Shown piece after piece: positions 1-8,644 of a stretch of 64,000 nucleotides of DNA. The DNA comes from Kudoa neothunni (lineage: Eukaryota > Animalia > Cnidaria), in contig OZ199839.1 in the NCBI GenBank assembly GCA_964304625.1, positions 1,030,180-1,094,179 on the forward strand, written 5' to 3'. Both the position numbers and the translations under genes were made by a program. Positions within the stretch are counted from its first letter, which is position 1; each line of letters starts with the position of its first letter. Below the pieces are notes generated by a model, which was given only the letters and a program-made list of their open reading frames with translations, was not told the origin of the DNA and did not search any database.

Positions 1-2
1 CT

Positions 3-2804
3 TTGGATGACAATTGGTTTGTTTATAGAGGGAACTTGTTTAGTAGTGATAGTTAGTGGTTTATTAGCATTTTTATCTCGCAATTTTCTGGCATTTGCTT
101 TGTTTTTAGCAATAGTAATTAGTTGATTGACTTCTTGAGAAATCGTAGTAATTTTCGGTTGAATTAATTTTGGAGATTCCTCTTCTATTATTACAGAATT
201 ATCCTCTACAGTGGAGAAGTAAAGGGTATCTTCTTGATTAATTGGAGTAGGAATTGTAGTTGGTGTTGGAGCTTTAGGAGCGTTATATGTTGGGATATTG
301 GTTGGTGGATCATAGTACACAATAAATGATGAATTGGATGAAATTGATGAATTTAGAATGTTTGGTTCCTTTTCAATTAGTTCTAATTTGACAGCAGAAC
401 AGTCGCCTTCAATTGATGAGTTGGGTGATTTATTTGGTGATTTAACACTTACAATAATAACATCTTCATCATCTTCAATGGAATTTTCCAAAATGGCAAC
501 GTCTAGATTGTTTTCCTGTGATGACTGATTCATCGTTGAATCGTTCAATAAACTGTAATTATTGCTTAATTCTACTGTATTTTCATCAGCCATAATTGCC
601 ATTAATTCATTTCTATATTGCTCATGTTGATTATCAAATGTTAGAGTTTTTTGCGACCTGTTTGATATTGTCTTATTAGGCGCTAACATTATGTCTATAA
701 TATTTATTTCCTCTGGGTTGGGAACTATTATTTGCTTAAAATTATTATTTTGATTCTCAATTTCATTTTCCCTAACTATCTGTTCTAGTTTTAGTCGATT
801 TCTTTCAAATTCAGCCCACCATTTAGCTTCCTTAGCATTTTTTAAGCGATAACTGACATTATCGCTATTGCTATTGTTAGCTGAGTTATTGTTATTATTC
901 ATAAAGTTGATTGTCTTGTCAGTGTTTATATTAATGTTAATATTAATATTATTGTTATTATAGTGGTGGTGGTGGTGGTGATTTTGGACATTATGTTGTG
1001 TGGTTAAATTGCATGTTGTTTCATTTCTATTAGATACAGATTTGGGATTGAGAATTGGATTATGGATTGGATTGGATTTGGTGCACGTAGATATAACATT
1101 CTTTTTATATAATTCTAGTGCACCAAGGAAACCGTAATTATTATCAATATTATCAATATTATTATTATTATTATTAATATTAATATTAATATTATTATTA
1201 TTATCATTATTATTATTATTATCATTATTATAATAATAATTTTGGTTAATATCATTCTCCGATGGTTGTAGTGTAACTTTAGCTGCGTCGTCATTATTCG
1301 TGTTTACATTGTTGACATTTGTTGTTGATATTGATGCTGATGTTAATGTTGTTGACGTTGTTGTTGATGTGGAATTAATCAAATTAATCAAATTTTGTTG
1401 AGTTGCAGATGAGTTTAAGGTTGCGGTCGTGTTAACATTGACGTTATTGATATGATCAACAGTTTTATTGGTGTTATTATTATCAATGAAATGATTGTTG
1501 TTTAATAGTGATGGAACAGACTTTTCTTCGTGTAATTGTTGTTCCTGCTGTTGATTAGTAATAGAAAAGGAATTAGTAGGAATGGTGTGAAAGAATGGTT
1601 GAGTCACGCAAGGATTAGCGTGTTGATCATTAATAATATCATTATCAATAACGTTCAATGTAGGAATAGAATTGTTGTTATTTTCCGCGTTAATTTTAAC
1701 ATCGCAATGCGTTGCAGCTATATTAAAAGTTACTTGTTGTTGACCGGTTGCGTCAACCGAGTCAGTTGATGGATTAGATGGATTAGCATGGTAAAGTGAT
1801 GATTTTGGAGAATGTGAAATTGATGAGTTCGAGTCATTGGAATGGGTAGATTCTGTTGGATATAAATTCAGTGGATCATTTAGCGAAATGATGAGGTTTT
1901 CGCAGTCGAGCAATGGAGAGTCGTTTACCGATTCTTCTTCGTCTATTTCTTCGTAGGCGTCGCATGGTAATTCGTTATCAGCGTAATGGTCGGTGGTGAA
2001 TCGATAATTATCATCCGCTAGCTCATTTACAGTAATCTTGTTGGTTTCATTAGTGAGTAAATTAGTGGTGCTTTCTAGTGATGTAGTGTGTGGTGATTTG
2101 GAACAATTGTCGATTGGAATATTGTTATATAAATGAGAATCATATTCCGATGGTTGGATGGATATTGCCAAGGTTAGTTGGATAACCAGATTATCGGGGA
2201 TTAATCCGATTTCCATAAAATTTTCATTTTTCTCGTTTAGTTGATCAATGATGGCGTTTTTAAGAGCATCAATAGAAAGCGAGTAACGTTGCTTTCGCTC
2301 TAGTACTCGTTTTGGGAGTTTTGGATTGCAACGATTTATTACCATCCAAACCAACTTTAAAGATGGCCTGATTTTGACATCTTCTGATGGTTCAATCGTG
2401 TCAATATTGGGACATGGACAAGCCAAGGTAGGTATGTTTCTATCGTAATACTCATCAATTGCGTGTTGAGCGTTTTCCGAGTGTTTAATTGAGGACAACA
2501 TTTCCGTAAAGATTGGCATAGAGCATTGAAACAATGAAATGTACTTTCGTACAAAGTCAGCCACACTTTTAGCTATAGGCGGTAGTTTTGCGCACGTACC
2601 TTTCAATTCTAGATATGAAGAATATAGATGAAAAATCATCGGTGAAAGTTCGTGGTCAAAATTCCTCAGCATCGAGACCTCGCAAACTGATTTTAAAGGT
2701 ATCTTCATAATCAGCGCATCGTAATTTTGCGAAATATGCATAAATTTTCCATTTCCGCTCCGAAAAAACGAAAAATTTTCGCCTGGTAGGGGGCTCGAAC
2801 CCAT
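3..2804 (-). CDS. Long Asn-rich open reading frame (>=934 codons, runs off the left edge); probable N-terminal region of a second tRNA-associated non-LTR retrotransposon ORF
   Basis: Manual translation of the minus-strand frame finds no stop from about 2860 to position 3. It is missing from the ORF track because its stop lies outside the window. It begins MGSSPLPGENFSFFRSGNGKFMHISQNYDALIMK from the ATG at 2804 inside the tRNA half; the next ATG is at 2741. It contains poly-Asn (~1140-1235) and His6 (~963-980). No RT motif is visible in the window, so the retroelement identity is inferred from context. Confidence 0.7.
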   Translation of the reverse strand, partial: MGSSPLPGENFSFFRSGNGKFMHISQNYDALIMKIPLKSVCEVSMLRNFDHELSPMIFHLYSSYLELKGTCAKLPPIAKSVADFVRKYISLFQCSMPIFTEMLSSIKHSENAQHAIDEYYDRNIPTLACPCPNIDTIEPSEDVKIRPSLKLVWMVINRCNPKLPKRVLERKQRYSLSIDALKNAIIDQLNEKNENFMEIGLIPDNLVIQLTLAISIQPSEYDSHLYNNIPIDNCSKSPHTTSLESTTNLLTNETNKITVNELADDNYRFTTDHYADNELPCDAYEEIDEEESVNDSPLLDCENLIISLNDPLNLYPTESTHSNDSNSSISHSPKSSLYHANPSNPSTDSVDATGQQQVTFNIAATHCDVKINAENNNNSIPTLNVIDNDIINDQHANPCVTQPFFHTIPTNSFSITNQQQEQQLHEEKSVPSLLNNNHFIDNNNTNKTVDHINNVNVNTTATLNSSATQQNLINLINSTSTTTSTTLTSASISTTNVNNVNTNNDDAAKVTLQPSENDINQNYYYNNDNNNNNDNNNNINININNNNNNIDNIDNNYGFLGALELYKKNVISTCTKSNPIHNPILNPKSVSNRNETTCNLTTQHNVQNHHHHHHYNNNNININININTDKTINFMNNNNNSANNSNSDNVSYRLKNAKEAKWWAEFERNRLKLEQIVRENEIENQNNNFKQIIVPNPEEINIIDIMLAPNKTISNRSQKTLTFDNQHEQYRNELMAIMADENTVELSNNYSLLNDSTMNQSSQENNLDVAILENSIEDDEDVIIVSVKSPNKSPNSSIEGDCSAVKLELIEKEPNILNSSISSNSSFIVYYDPPTNIPTYNAPKAPTPTTIPTPINQEDTLYFSTVEDNSVIIEEESPKLIQPKITTISQEVNQLITIAKNKANARKLRDKNANKPLTITTKQVPSINKPIVIQ
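2761..2779 (-). terminator. Pol III terminator-like oligo-T tract after the tRNA half
   Basis: Minus strand reads AAAATTTTTCGTTTTTTCG (T5, T6) immediately after the discriminator base. Confidence 0.6.
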
Positions 2805-2813
2805 GGCCTCAAG
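2780..2813 (-). pseudogene. 3' part (nt 40-73) of tRNA-Lys(UUU)
   Basis: CTTGAGGCCATGGGTTCGAGCCCCCTACCAGGCG is identical to 8572-8605. Upstream of it is retroelement 3' UTR (…TTTTTGTGTA) instead of the anticodon loop (…CTTTTAAT). Confidence 0.95.
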
Positions 2814-3268
2814 TACACAAAAATAGCGGGAAAAATAGTGTTCGTAAACTAATCTAATAAATGTTTATTTTGGGAAGGTGGAAGTTGGAATTGGGATGGT
2901 CCTTGATTGGTTGGATGATCTAAATAAAATTAACAATTATTAAACAAGTTACGTGCGGTTTGGAGGAGAAGATTTCGTTTTCGCAACTCCCTGTAAGGGG
3001 GGGTTGCGAAGACGGAATCTTGGGAGGTATCTTCATCGGCTTTTTGGACGGTTGGGATAGTGGTTTTTGGATGGATTTCTTAATGGATTTTTTGCGCGAT
3101 GAAGGTGGAGGTGGAGGCGCCAAAGTCATCACTGGGGTAGCTTTGATAACCATGGGTGGCGTCACAGATTTCTTCTTCTGGGGAGGTGGATTTTTAAAGA
3201 TATCATCAGTTTGGGATAGAAACACTTGGGATGATTGGGAGTTTTGAGGAGAGTTGGAGGTGGGGATT

Positions 3269-6200
3269 TCAATTGTTGGGATGACTTGTTGGATAGTCTT
3301 GATGATATTGGTGGATTTGGTTGCTGGAGTGCGTTTTTTTAGGCGCGTTTCGCAGCAGTGGTTTTTGGTTGTCCACATAGACACCATTTCTACAAATGGG
3401 TGTAGCGGAGGTTCCAAAGACATGGGCTCTCCAGATGGTCGAAGAGTCCAAGAGAACAGATCTGGTGATTGCTTTCTTTAAGGCTGACACCCTCTTTTTG
3501 TTTTTAACGAAAAGAGCTTTATAAACATCATTATTGGGCTCATAATGAGCCCCCAAAGAACCGTAGATCAGCGCATAAAGTTGGCACGAGTAGCCCTTTT
3601 CCATCCATTGTGATTGCTCCTCCCTGTACTTGGCAACCTTGTGTTGGTATACTTCTTCCAGGCGAGAGAGTGACGATTCGAAGGTGATGGAAACGTCGCA
3701 GATAATGACATCTTTGGTTTGGTCATTGAGGAGTACAATATCTGGTCGACGGTTAGAGGGGATCTGTGGGAAAATGGTGTCGAGGAATGTCACCCAATTC
3801 TTATTGGGCTTCATCTGTTCAGCGATGAGGTCAACAATATGGTTGTGTCGAGCGGACCTTGCTCTTTCACCGAACTTGCAGCCACCCAGAATATGTCCTA
3901 GGTGTTCCGTTGCCACATGGCAACGTCTACAGTCGGATTCAGAACAAAGTTTACGTATTTTCAATACGCACTTTGTGGGGAGCGCATTCACTCGCGCCAG
4001 GATGCCAAAGCGGTAGACATAGGGAGATACATCACCTTGGTTAATCCAGGAGTTTGCGACTTTGCTTCCCACAAAACACTCAACGGATCGTCCCTGCATA
4101 CGCTGAGACTTCCATACGTCGAGGAACATCGACTGAACATGCCACCGAATACGGCGTACTCGGGTGGCACCTCGCTGTTGATGAGGGGGAATGTGTGGTG
4201 GCGGACTGAGGTAATCAGAGTCAATGTCAATCTTTGAGGGAGACTGTTCATCGACTTGCTTGACTTGGAGTCCAAGAGACTTTGCATTCAAGCGGATGCT
4301 AGAGAAGATACTTCTCACGTCTCTGGACTTGATATACTCAGTGTCCCTGTTAAAATAGTCCTCAGGGGTGAGACTTTCGTTGGTTCTCTTACCAACGATG
4401 GATAAAATTGCGTCCTCAGACAGTTTGGCGACTCTTTCATCCGCGGAATGGATGAGGTTGAGTGCGGAGGCTAATCGGAGGGCACAAAAGTCGAGTTTAA
4501 GGCATCTCAGACCGAATCCCCCCACTGCACATGGAGTGTACAGTAGGGACTTTGTAACAGATTCGGGCATAGCTAACCAATGGCGAACTGATGACCGAAT
4601 CTCAGAATCGATTTTCTTGAGGTCCTCGATGCGGATAATGTTATTCTTCATAGAATACTCAAGGGTGGGCATTAAGTAAGTTTTCGTGAGGTTAATCTTC
4701 ATAAAGTGCAGTAGGGGAGCGTTTGAAACTTTTTGAAGGTTCTCACTAAACTTAGGGAAGCAAGGTGGCAGGTCTTTAAACGACTTTAGATTTTTACAAG
4801 TACCTAGGTACTTATAAAAATCCTCCATCAGCGGGATTGGCACACCTTGGAGAACATATGGTTGGATTAATGTGGAATTTACAATGCGCGTTTTATTCTT
4901 AAATGTGACATTAAGTGTCGCACTCTTAGAATGGTTAATGCGCAGACCAAGATCATTAATAAATGCTTCGAATTGATGGAGGAGGACATTCATTTGGATA
5001 TTATTCTCGGTCAGCAACACAATGTCATCGGCATATGCCAACGCACCAAAAACCTGACCGTGAAGTTTATATCCCTGTTTTGAGTCATCAATTCGTCGCA
5101 AAAAGGGGTCCAAAACGAGGTTAAAAAGTAGGGGGGATAAGGGGCATCCCTGTCGTACACCTTTACCATAAGGGTAGAGGTAGCCAGTTCCGCCGCTCTT
5201 ATCCGTAACCTCGTTGAAGCTGTTTGCGTACATATGTTTTAAGAGGTTGGTGATTTGATGGGGGATATTAAAGTGGTTAAGTTGCTTTAATATCTCGGAA
5301 TGGGGGACGGTATCGAAGGCCTTTTTCAGGTCTATCCAGACAGCAGATAGAGGGTTCTTCTCACGTCGTACGTCATCTAAAATTTCCTGGAGAATGAACG
5401 CGTGTTCAACGCATCCATTTCCACCGACGAATCCTTTTTGAGACGGGCTTAGTTCAACTAGGGAGGCGAGCTTTTTATTGACCACACTCATAAACAATCT
5501 GTAGATTGTTTGCGTAATAGAGATTGGTCTATACGCTGAGGGGTCCAACACATTAATTTCGCCGTCGGTCTTTGGCAGGAGTATGAGACGGCTAACAAGC
5601 CAATCATCAGGGACTCGCTCAGAATTAAGGATCCTGTTGAACAACTTTGCTAGATGAGAATCCATAGAGGGCACCTTTTTCCAAAAGGCCATATGTATTC
5701 CATCCTTACCAGGGGCAGTATCTTTCTTTGCGCGGTCCAGAGCAGCACTGACTTCTTCATCAGCAATATAAAAATCGCTGAATCGGTTACCAGACTGATA
5801 GAGGGCTTCTGTGGTATACGGCACCGGTTCTACTTCATTAAGTGATACTTGAGAGGAGATTTTAACTTTCTCAGGGGGCTTAATAAAAGTAGGTTCTTCA
5901 TCATCTAGCTTAGAGGCTGGAGAGGCTAAAGGGCTAAAGTTGGGAAATTTAAACTTAGGGGTAGGTGGAGACAACGGTTCACGGAATATGAGGTCTTCAG
6001 GCGCAACCTTTTCAGGCTCACCATCATTAGATTCATTTTCAACATGATCCGAAGGAAGAGAAGACATTTGACTGTTATCCAAAGCTGGAATCTTAATAGG
6101 GGAAAGTTCGTCAGCATTCGTACCACAGAGAATTGTCTTAACGTCGTTGGAGTTGATGAAGGAGAGAGAATCAACTATTTCCTCAGCAGATGCTTCGCAC

Positions 6201-8596
6201 CACTTTGGCCTAGCCTCAGTTATTTCACGAAAACATCGCTTTTGGTTACAGCGATATAAAACACGCAGACGTTTTGCTTCATTTTTAGGGGCTTTTTCAA
6301 CTGGAGAATCATCTTTAATGGTGACTTGAGTGGTTGATTCTTCAGGTGCATCTTGAGTCGGTGTAGGGGAAGCAAGAATATTCTTTAAAGCTTCATCGAC
6401 AAAGGTTTTCGCGGGCTCCGGAGCTTTCGGATGGTAAACCATCTTCAGTTCTTTTGCACCGTTATGCGCCGTTGTGATGAAGTGAGTATATAAATCATTA
6501 ATGGGTAATTCAGAGTGAGTGGACATAACAGACCTGAGCTCATTAGAGACGCGCTCCAATGTTTCAGCTTGTTTCTTACGAAATTCAGCTGCCCTTTTAC
6601 GAATTTTGTCATGTTTCTCACGAGCCGCTATTTCATTCATTACTTCCTCCGGAATTGAAGAGGTTTCATGTGCTTTTTCATTAGCGGCATCACGTTTGGC
6701 TTGTAAATAAGATGGGGGTGGTGGAACAAAGATAGAGCGCAGTTCGGAATCTGCGATATCTTTTTCCAGAGCGGGAAGATCTAGAGGTTTGTCTAGATTT
6801 GGGTTGAGTGGGATTGTATCAACATTTTCATGAGATTTAAAGGATTTTTGTCGACAATCACGCAAATAATTATCAACAAAGGCAAGAGAGTGTTGGCGTT
6901 TACTTGGTTTTAATTTGGATTGAGCAAAAATAGAATCATTAGGCGTAAAAATAACTTCCTCAACATTAGGCTCAAACTCGGACATAATTAATGGTGTAGC
7001 GCAAACTTTCTCCTCATTAAGTGCTTCCACATCAATATCGGAATTGTTAATAATAATAGATTCATCAATATTGACGGGTTGCATAGAATTAAGAGCTTTT
7101 TCATTAGAATTACCATCAATTAACTCATTATGGTGCTCAATGTTAGATTTGGTTAAATTACTCGATTTAACACGCTCATTCAACTTCTTACTAATTATAG
7201 TAGGTATAAATTTGCCAAACTTATTCTTAGTAAGCGCGGATTTTGATTTTTTGGGTTTAACGTTAACTGGTTTAGCTTTAAACTCATTTGGAGCATCTGC
7301 GTCATTAAACACGATATCGCTATCGTCCTCACTTAAAACTTTAGAATTCTGACCAATAAATTCCATGTTTTCATTTTTAATGGCGTTTGCTGCGTTAAGT
7401 GATTGAAAAGGTGTAAATTTAGCACTATCATTATTCAATGAATCATGCGCAGGCAACACCGAAGTGTCGTCGTCGTCGTTTACACTTAAAATTGATTCAT
7501 TATCACCAGATTCAACGTCGTTTAATTCAGTATAGCCTTCCATACCTTCATAAACAACGTTAAATGCTGGGTTTCCTACAGTTAACTTGCTCATAAACAT
7601 TGCGTGAGCATCTGGATCAACTACCAAACCATTAATGTTCTGCAATGCTTTAAAGCTATCAAACGAAGAAGAAATTTTATTATTGGTGGAATTAACAACG
7701 CTAAAAGGTTGTTCTAACTCGCAATTGTCACTGTTGTACTCAATACTATCAACAGGTGGATTATTAAGGTTATTGTTACTCATTAATATGAGATTAGGTT
7801 GAAAATTGTTGCGAGCTTTGCCAGAACGAGTAGAAGATGATTTTTTAATGTTATCTGATTTAATATAACTAAGGAAAGAATCTAAATTGTCATGAGAGGC
7901 GAATTTAGATTCAAAGTCACGGCCGGAGATTAGGACCAGATTATCTGCGACAATAACATTCCCATCGTCATTATACAGGATTAAAGGTAGTGTGTTGTTA
8001 TTTATCATGAAAAGAGCACTCTGACGGATACTCTTTAACAAATTGTTAATTTCCGATTTTTTAGTGCCAGATGGCACCGCTTTCGGCTTATTAGAGCGCA
8101 ATGAAACTTTTGATGCTGAGTCACTATCGGCACGTTGCACGTGCAAATTAAAGTCGTTAGTTTTATAAGGAAAAGTGGAGTTGTTAGATGCATCAATACG
8201 ATCATTAGATGTAACATTTGCACTACTATCTATCGATAACGCAGTAATAGGCAAAGTACCTTGTTTGTAGGCCATAGAGAGGGTGGGATCTTCGGACAAC
8301 TTTGATGATATATCTTCAGAAAAAGTTAACTCAACAAAGCGGGCTATACGTTGGAGAAAAGGAGACCCTTGGAGCTTCAAACGCCGACGTCGCAGAAACT
8401 CATCAAGGTAATATTGAATGAAATCTGAGTAGCCTGTTAGGTCGACTTCAGCTAAACTGAGGTCAAACCCAACAAAAGTGGCATCGTTAGATTCCTTATA
8501 ACCTAACCAACCATCTAGTGCTAAAATTTCGCGTTTTCGAGCTGAAAAAAAGGTCGAAAAACGAAAAATTTCGCCTGGTAGGGGGCTCGAACCCAT
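3269..8596 (-). CDS. Non-LTR retrotransposon polyprotein: disordered N-terminus, reverse transcriptase, CCHC zinc knuckle, restriction-like endonuclease
   Basis: RT motifs APGKDG, YRPISITQTIYRLF, QKGF, DLKKAFDTVPH, GVRQGCPLSPLLFN, YADD (5024-5035) and YKYLG. These are followed by GGFGL, CRRC-x7-H-x4-C, RHN, RRPDIV…DVSI…KVAKY and GSLG. The frame is also open to 8647 through the whole tRNA (1792 aa); the start codon is uncertain. Confidence 0.95.
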   Translation of the reverse strand: MGSSPLPGEIFRFSTFFSARKREILALDGWLGYKESNDATFVGFDLSLAEVDLTGYSDFIQYYLDEFLRRRRLKLQGSPFLQRIARFVELTFSEDISSKLSEDPTLSMAYKQGTLPITALSIDSSANVTSNDRIDASNNSTFPYKTNDFNLHVQRADSDSASKVSLRSNKPKAVPSGTKKSEINNLLKSIRQSALFMINNNTLPLILYNDDGNVIVADNLVLISGRDFESKFASHDNLDSFLSYIKSDNIKKSSSTRSGKARNNFQPNLILMSNNNLNNPPVDSIEYNSDNCELEQPFSVVNSTNNKISSSFDSFKALQNINGLVVDPDAHAMFMSKLTVGNPAFNVVYEGMEGYTELNDVESGDNESILSVNDDDDTSVLPAHDSLNNDSAKFTPFQSLNAANAIKNENMEFIGQNSKVLSEDDSDIVFNDADAPNEFKAKPVNVKPKKSKSALTKNKFGKFIPTIISKKLNERVKSSNLTKSNIEHHNELIDGNSNEKALNSMQPVNIDESIIINNSDIDVEALNEEKVCATPLIMSEFEPNVEEVIFTPNDSIFAQSKLKPSKRQHSLAFVDNYLRDCRQKSFKSHENVDTIPLNPNLDKPLDLPALEKDIADSELRSIFVPPPPSYLQAKRDAANEKAHETSSIPEEVMNEIAAREKHDKIRKRAAEFRKKQAETLERVSNELRSVMSTHSELPINDLYTHFITTAHNGAKELKMVYHPKAPEPAKTFVDEALKNILASPTPTQDAPEESTTQVTIKDDSPVEKAPKNEAKRLRVLYRCNQKRCFREITEARPKWCEASAEEIVDSLSFINSNDVKTILCGTNADELSPIKIPALDNSQMSSLPSDHVENESNDGEPEKVAPEDLIFREPLSPPTPKFKFPNFSPLASPASKLDDEEPTFIKPPEKVKISSQVSLNEVEPVPYTTEALYQSGNRFSDFYIADEEVSAALDRAKKDTAPGKDGIHMAFWKKVPSMDSHLAKLFNRILNSERVPDDWLVSRLILLPKTDGEINVLDPSAYRPISITQTIYRLFMSVVNKKLASLVELSPSQKGFVGGNGCVEHAFILQEILDDVRREKNPLSAVWIDLKKAFDTVPHSEILKQLNHFNIPHQITNLLKHMYANSFNEVTDKSGGTGYLYPYGKGVRQGCPLSPLLFNLVLDPFLRRIDDSKQGYKLHGQVFGALAYADDIVLLTENNIQMNVLLHQFEAFINDLGLRINHSKSATLNVTFKNKTRIVNSTLIQPYVLQGVPIPLMEDFYKYLGTCKNLKSFKDLPPCFPKFSENLQKVSNAPLLHFMKINLTKTYLMPTLEYSMKNNIIRIEDLKKIDSEIRSSVRHWLAMPESVTKSLLYTPCAVGGFGLRCLKLDFCALRLASALNLIHSADERVAKLSEDAILSIVGKRTNESLTPEDYFNRDTEYIKSRDVRSIFSSIRLNAKSLGLQVKQVDEQSPSKIDIDSDYLSPPPHIPPHQQRGATRVRRIRWHVQSMFLDVWKSQRMQGRSVECFVGSKVANSWINQGDVSPYVYRFGILARVNALPTKCVLKIRKLCSESDCRRCHVATEHLGHILGGCKFGERARSARHNHIVDLIAEQMKPNKNWVTFLDTIFPQIPSNRRPDIVLLNDQTKDVIICDVSITFESSLSRLEEVYQHKVAKYREEQSQWMEKGYSCQLYALIYGSLGAHYEPNNDVYKALFVKNKKRVSALKKAITRSVLLDSSTIWRAHVFGTSATPICRNGVYVDNQKPLLRNAPKKTHSSNQIHQYHQDYPTSHPNN
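8547..8571 (-). terminator. Pol III terminator of tRNA-Lys
   Basis: Minus strand AAATTTTTCGTTTTTCGACCTTTTTTT (T5, T5, T7) directly after the tRNA. Confidence 0.7.
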
Positions 8597-8644
8597 GGCC
8601 TCAAGATTAAAAGTCTCGCGCTCTACCAACTGAGCTAACCAGGC
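8572..8644 (-). tRNA. tRNA-Lys (anticodon TTT)
   Basis: GCCTGGT TA GCTC AGTTGGTA GAGC G CGAGA CTTTTAA TCTTG AGGCC ATGGG TTCGAGC CCCCT ACCAGGC G. Perfect 7-bp acceptor stem, 4-bp D stem, anticodon stem with one G-U pair, A and B boxes, discriminator G. One U50-C64 mismatch in the T stem. Confidence 0.95.

Larger units (their letters stand above)
2814..8605 (-). mobile_element. Full-length RLE-type non-LTR retrotransposon (R2 group, NeSL/Utopia-like) inserted in tRNA-Lys
   Basis: Single long RT-CCHC-RLE ORF bounded by two copies of tRNA nt 40-73. The 3' UTR is 2814-3268, with AATAAA at 2864-2869 and no poly(A) tail. The 5' boundary is 8605 if the element carries the tRNA half, or about 8555 if the repeat is a target-site duplication. 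Confidence 0.9.

Noticed and set aside
334-7352. Numerous short plus-strand ORFs over the two long minus-strand ORFs
   Set aside because: These are antisense shadows of coding sequence with no recognisable motifs.
2780-8605. Flanking direct repeats interpreted as LTRs or a primer-binding site
   Set aside because: The repeat is sense-strand tRNA sequence. The ORF has a non-LTR RT and RLE, with no gag, protease, RNase H or integrase.
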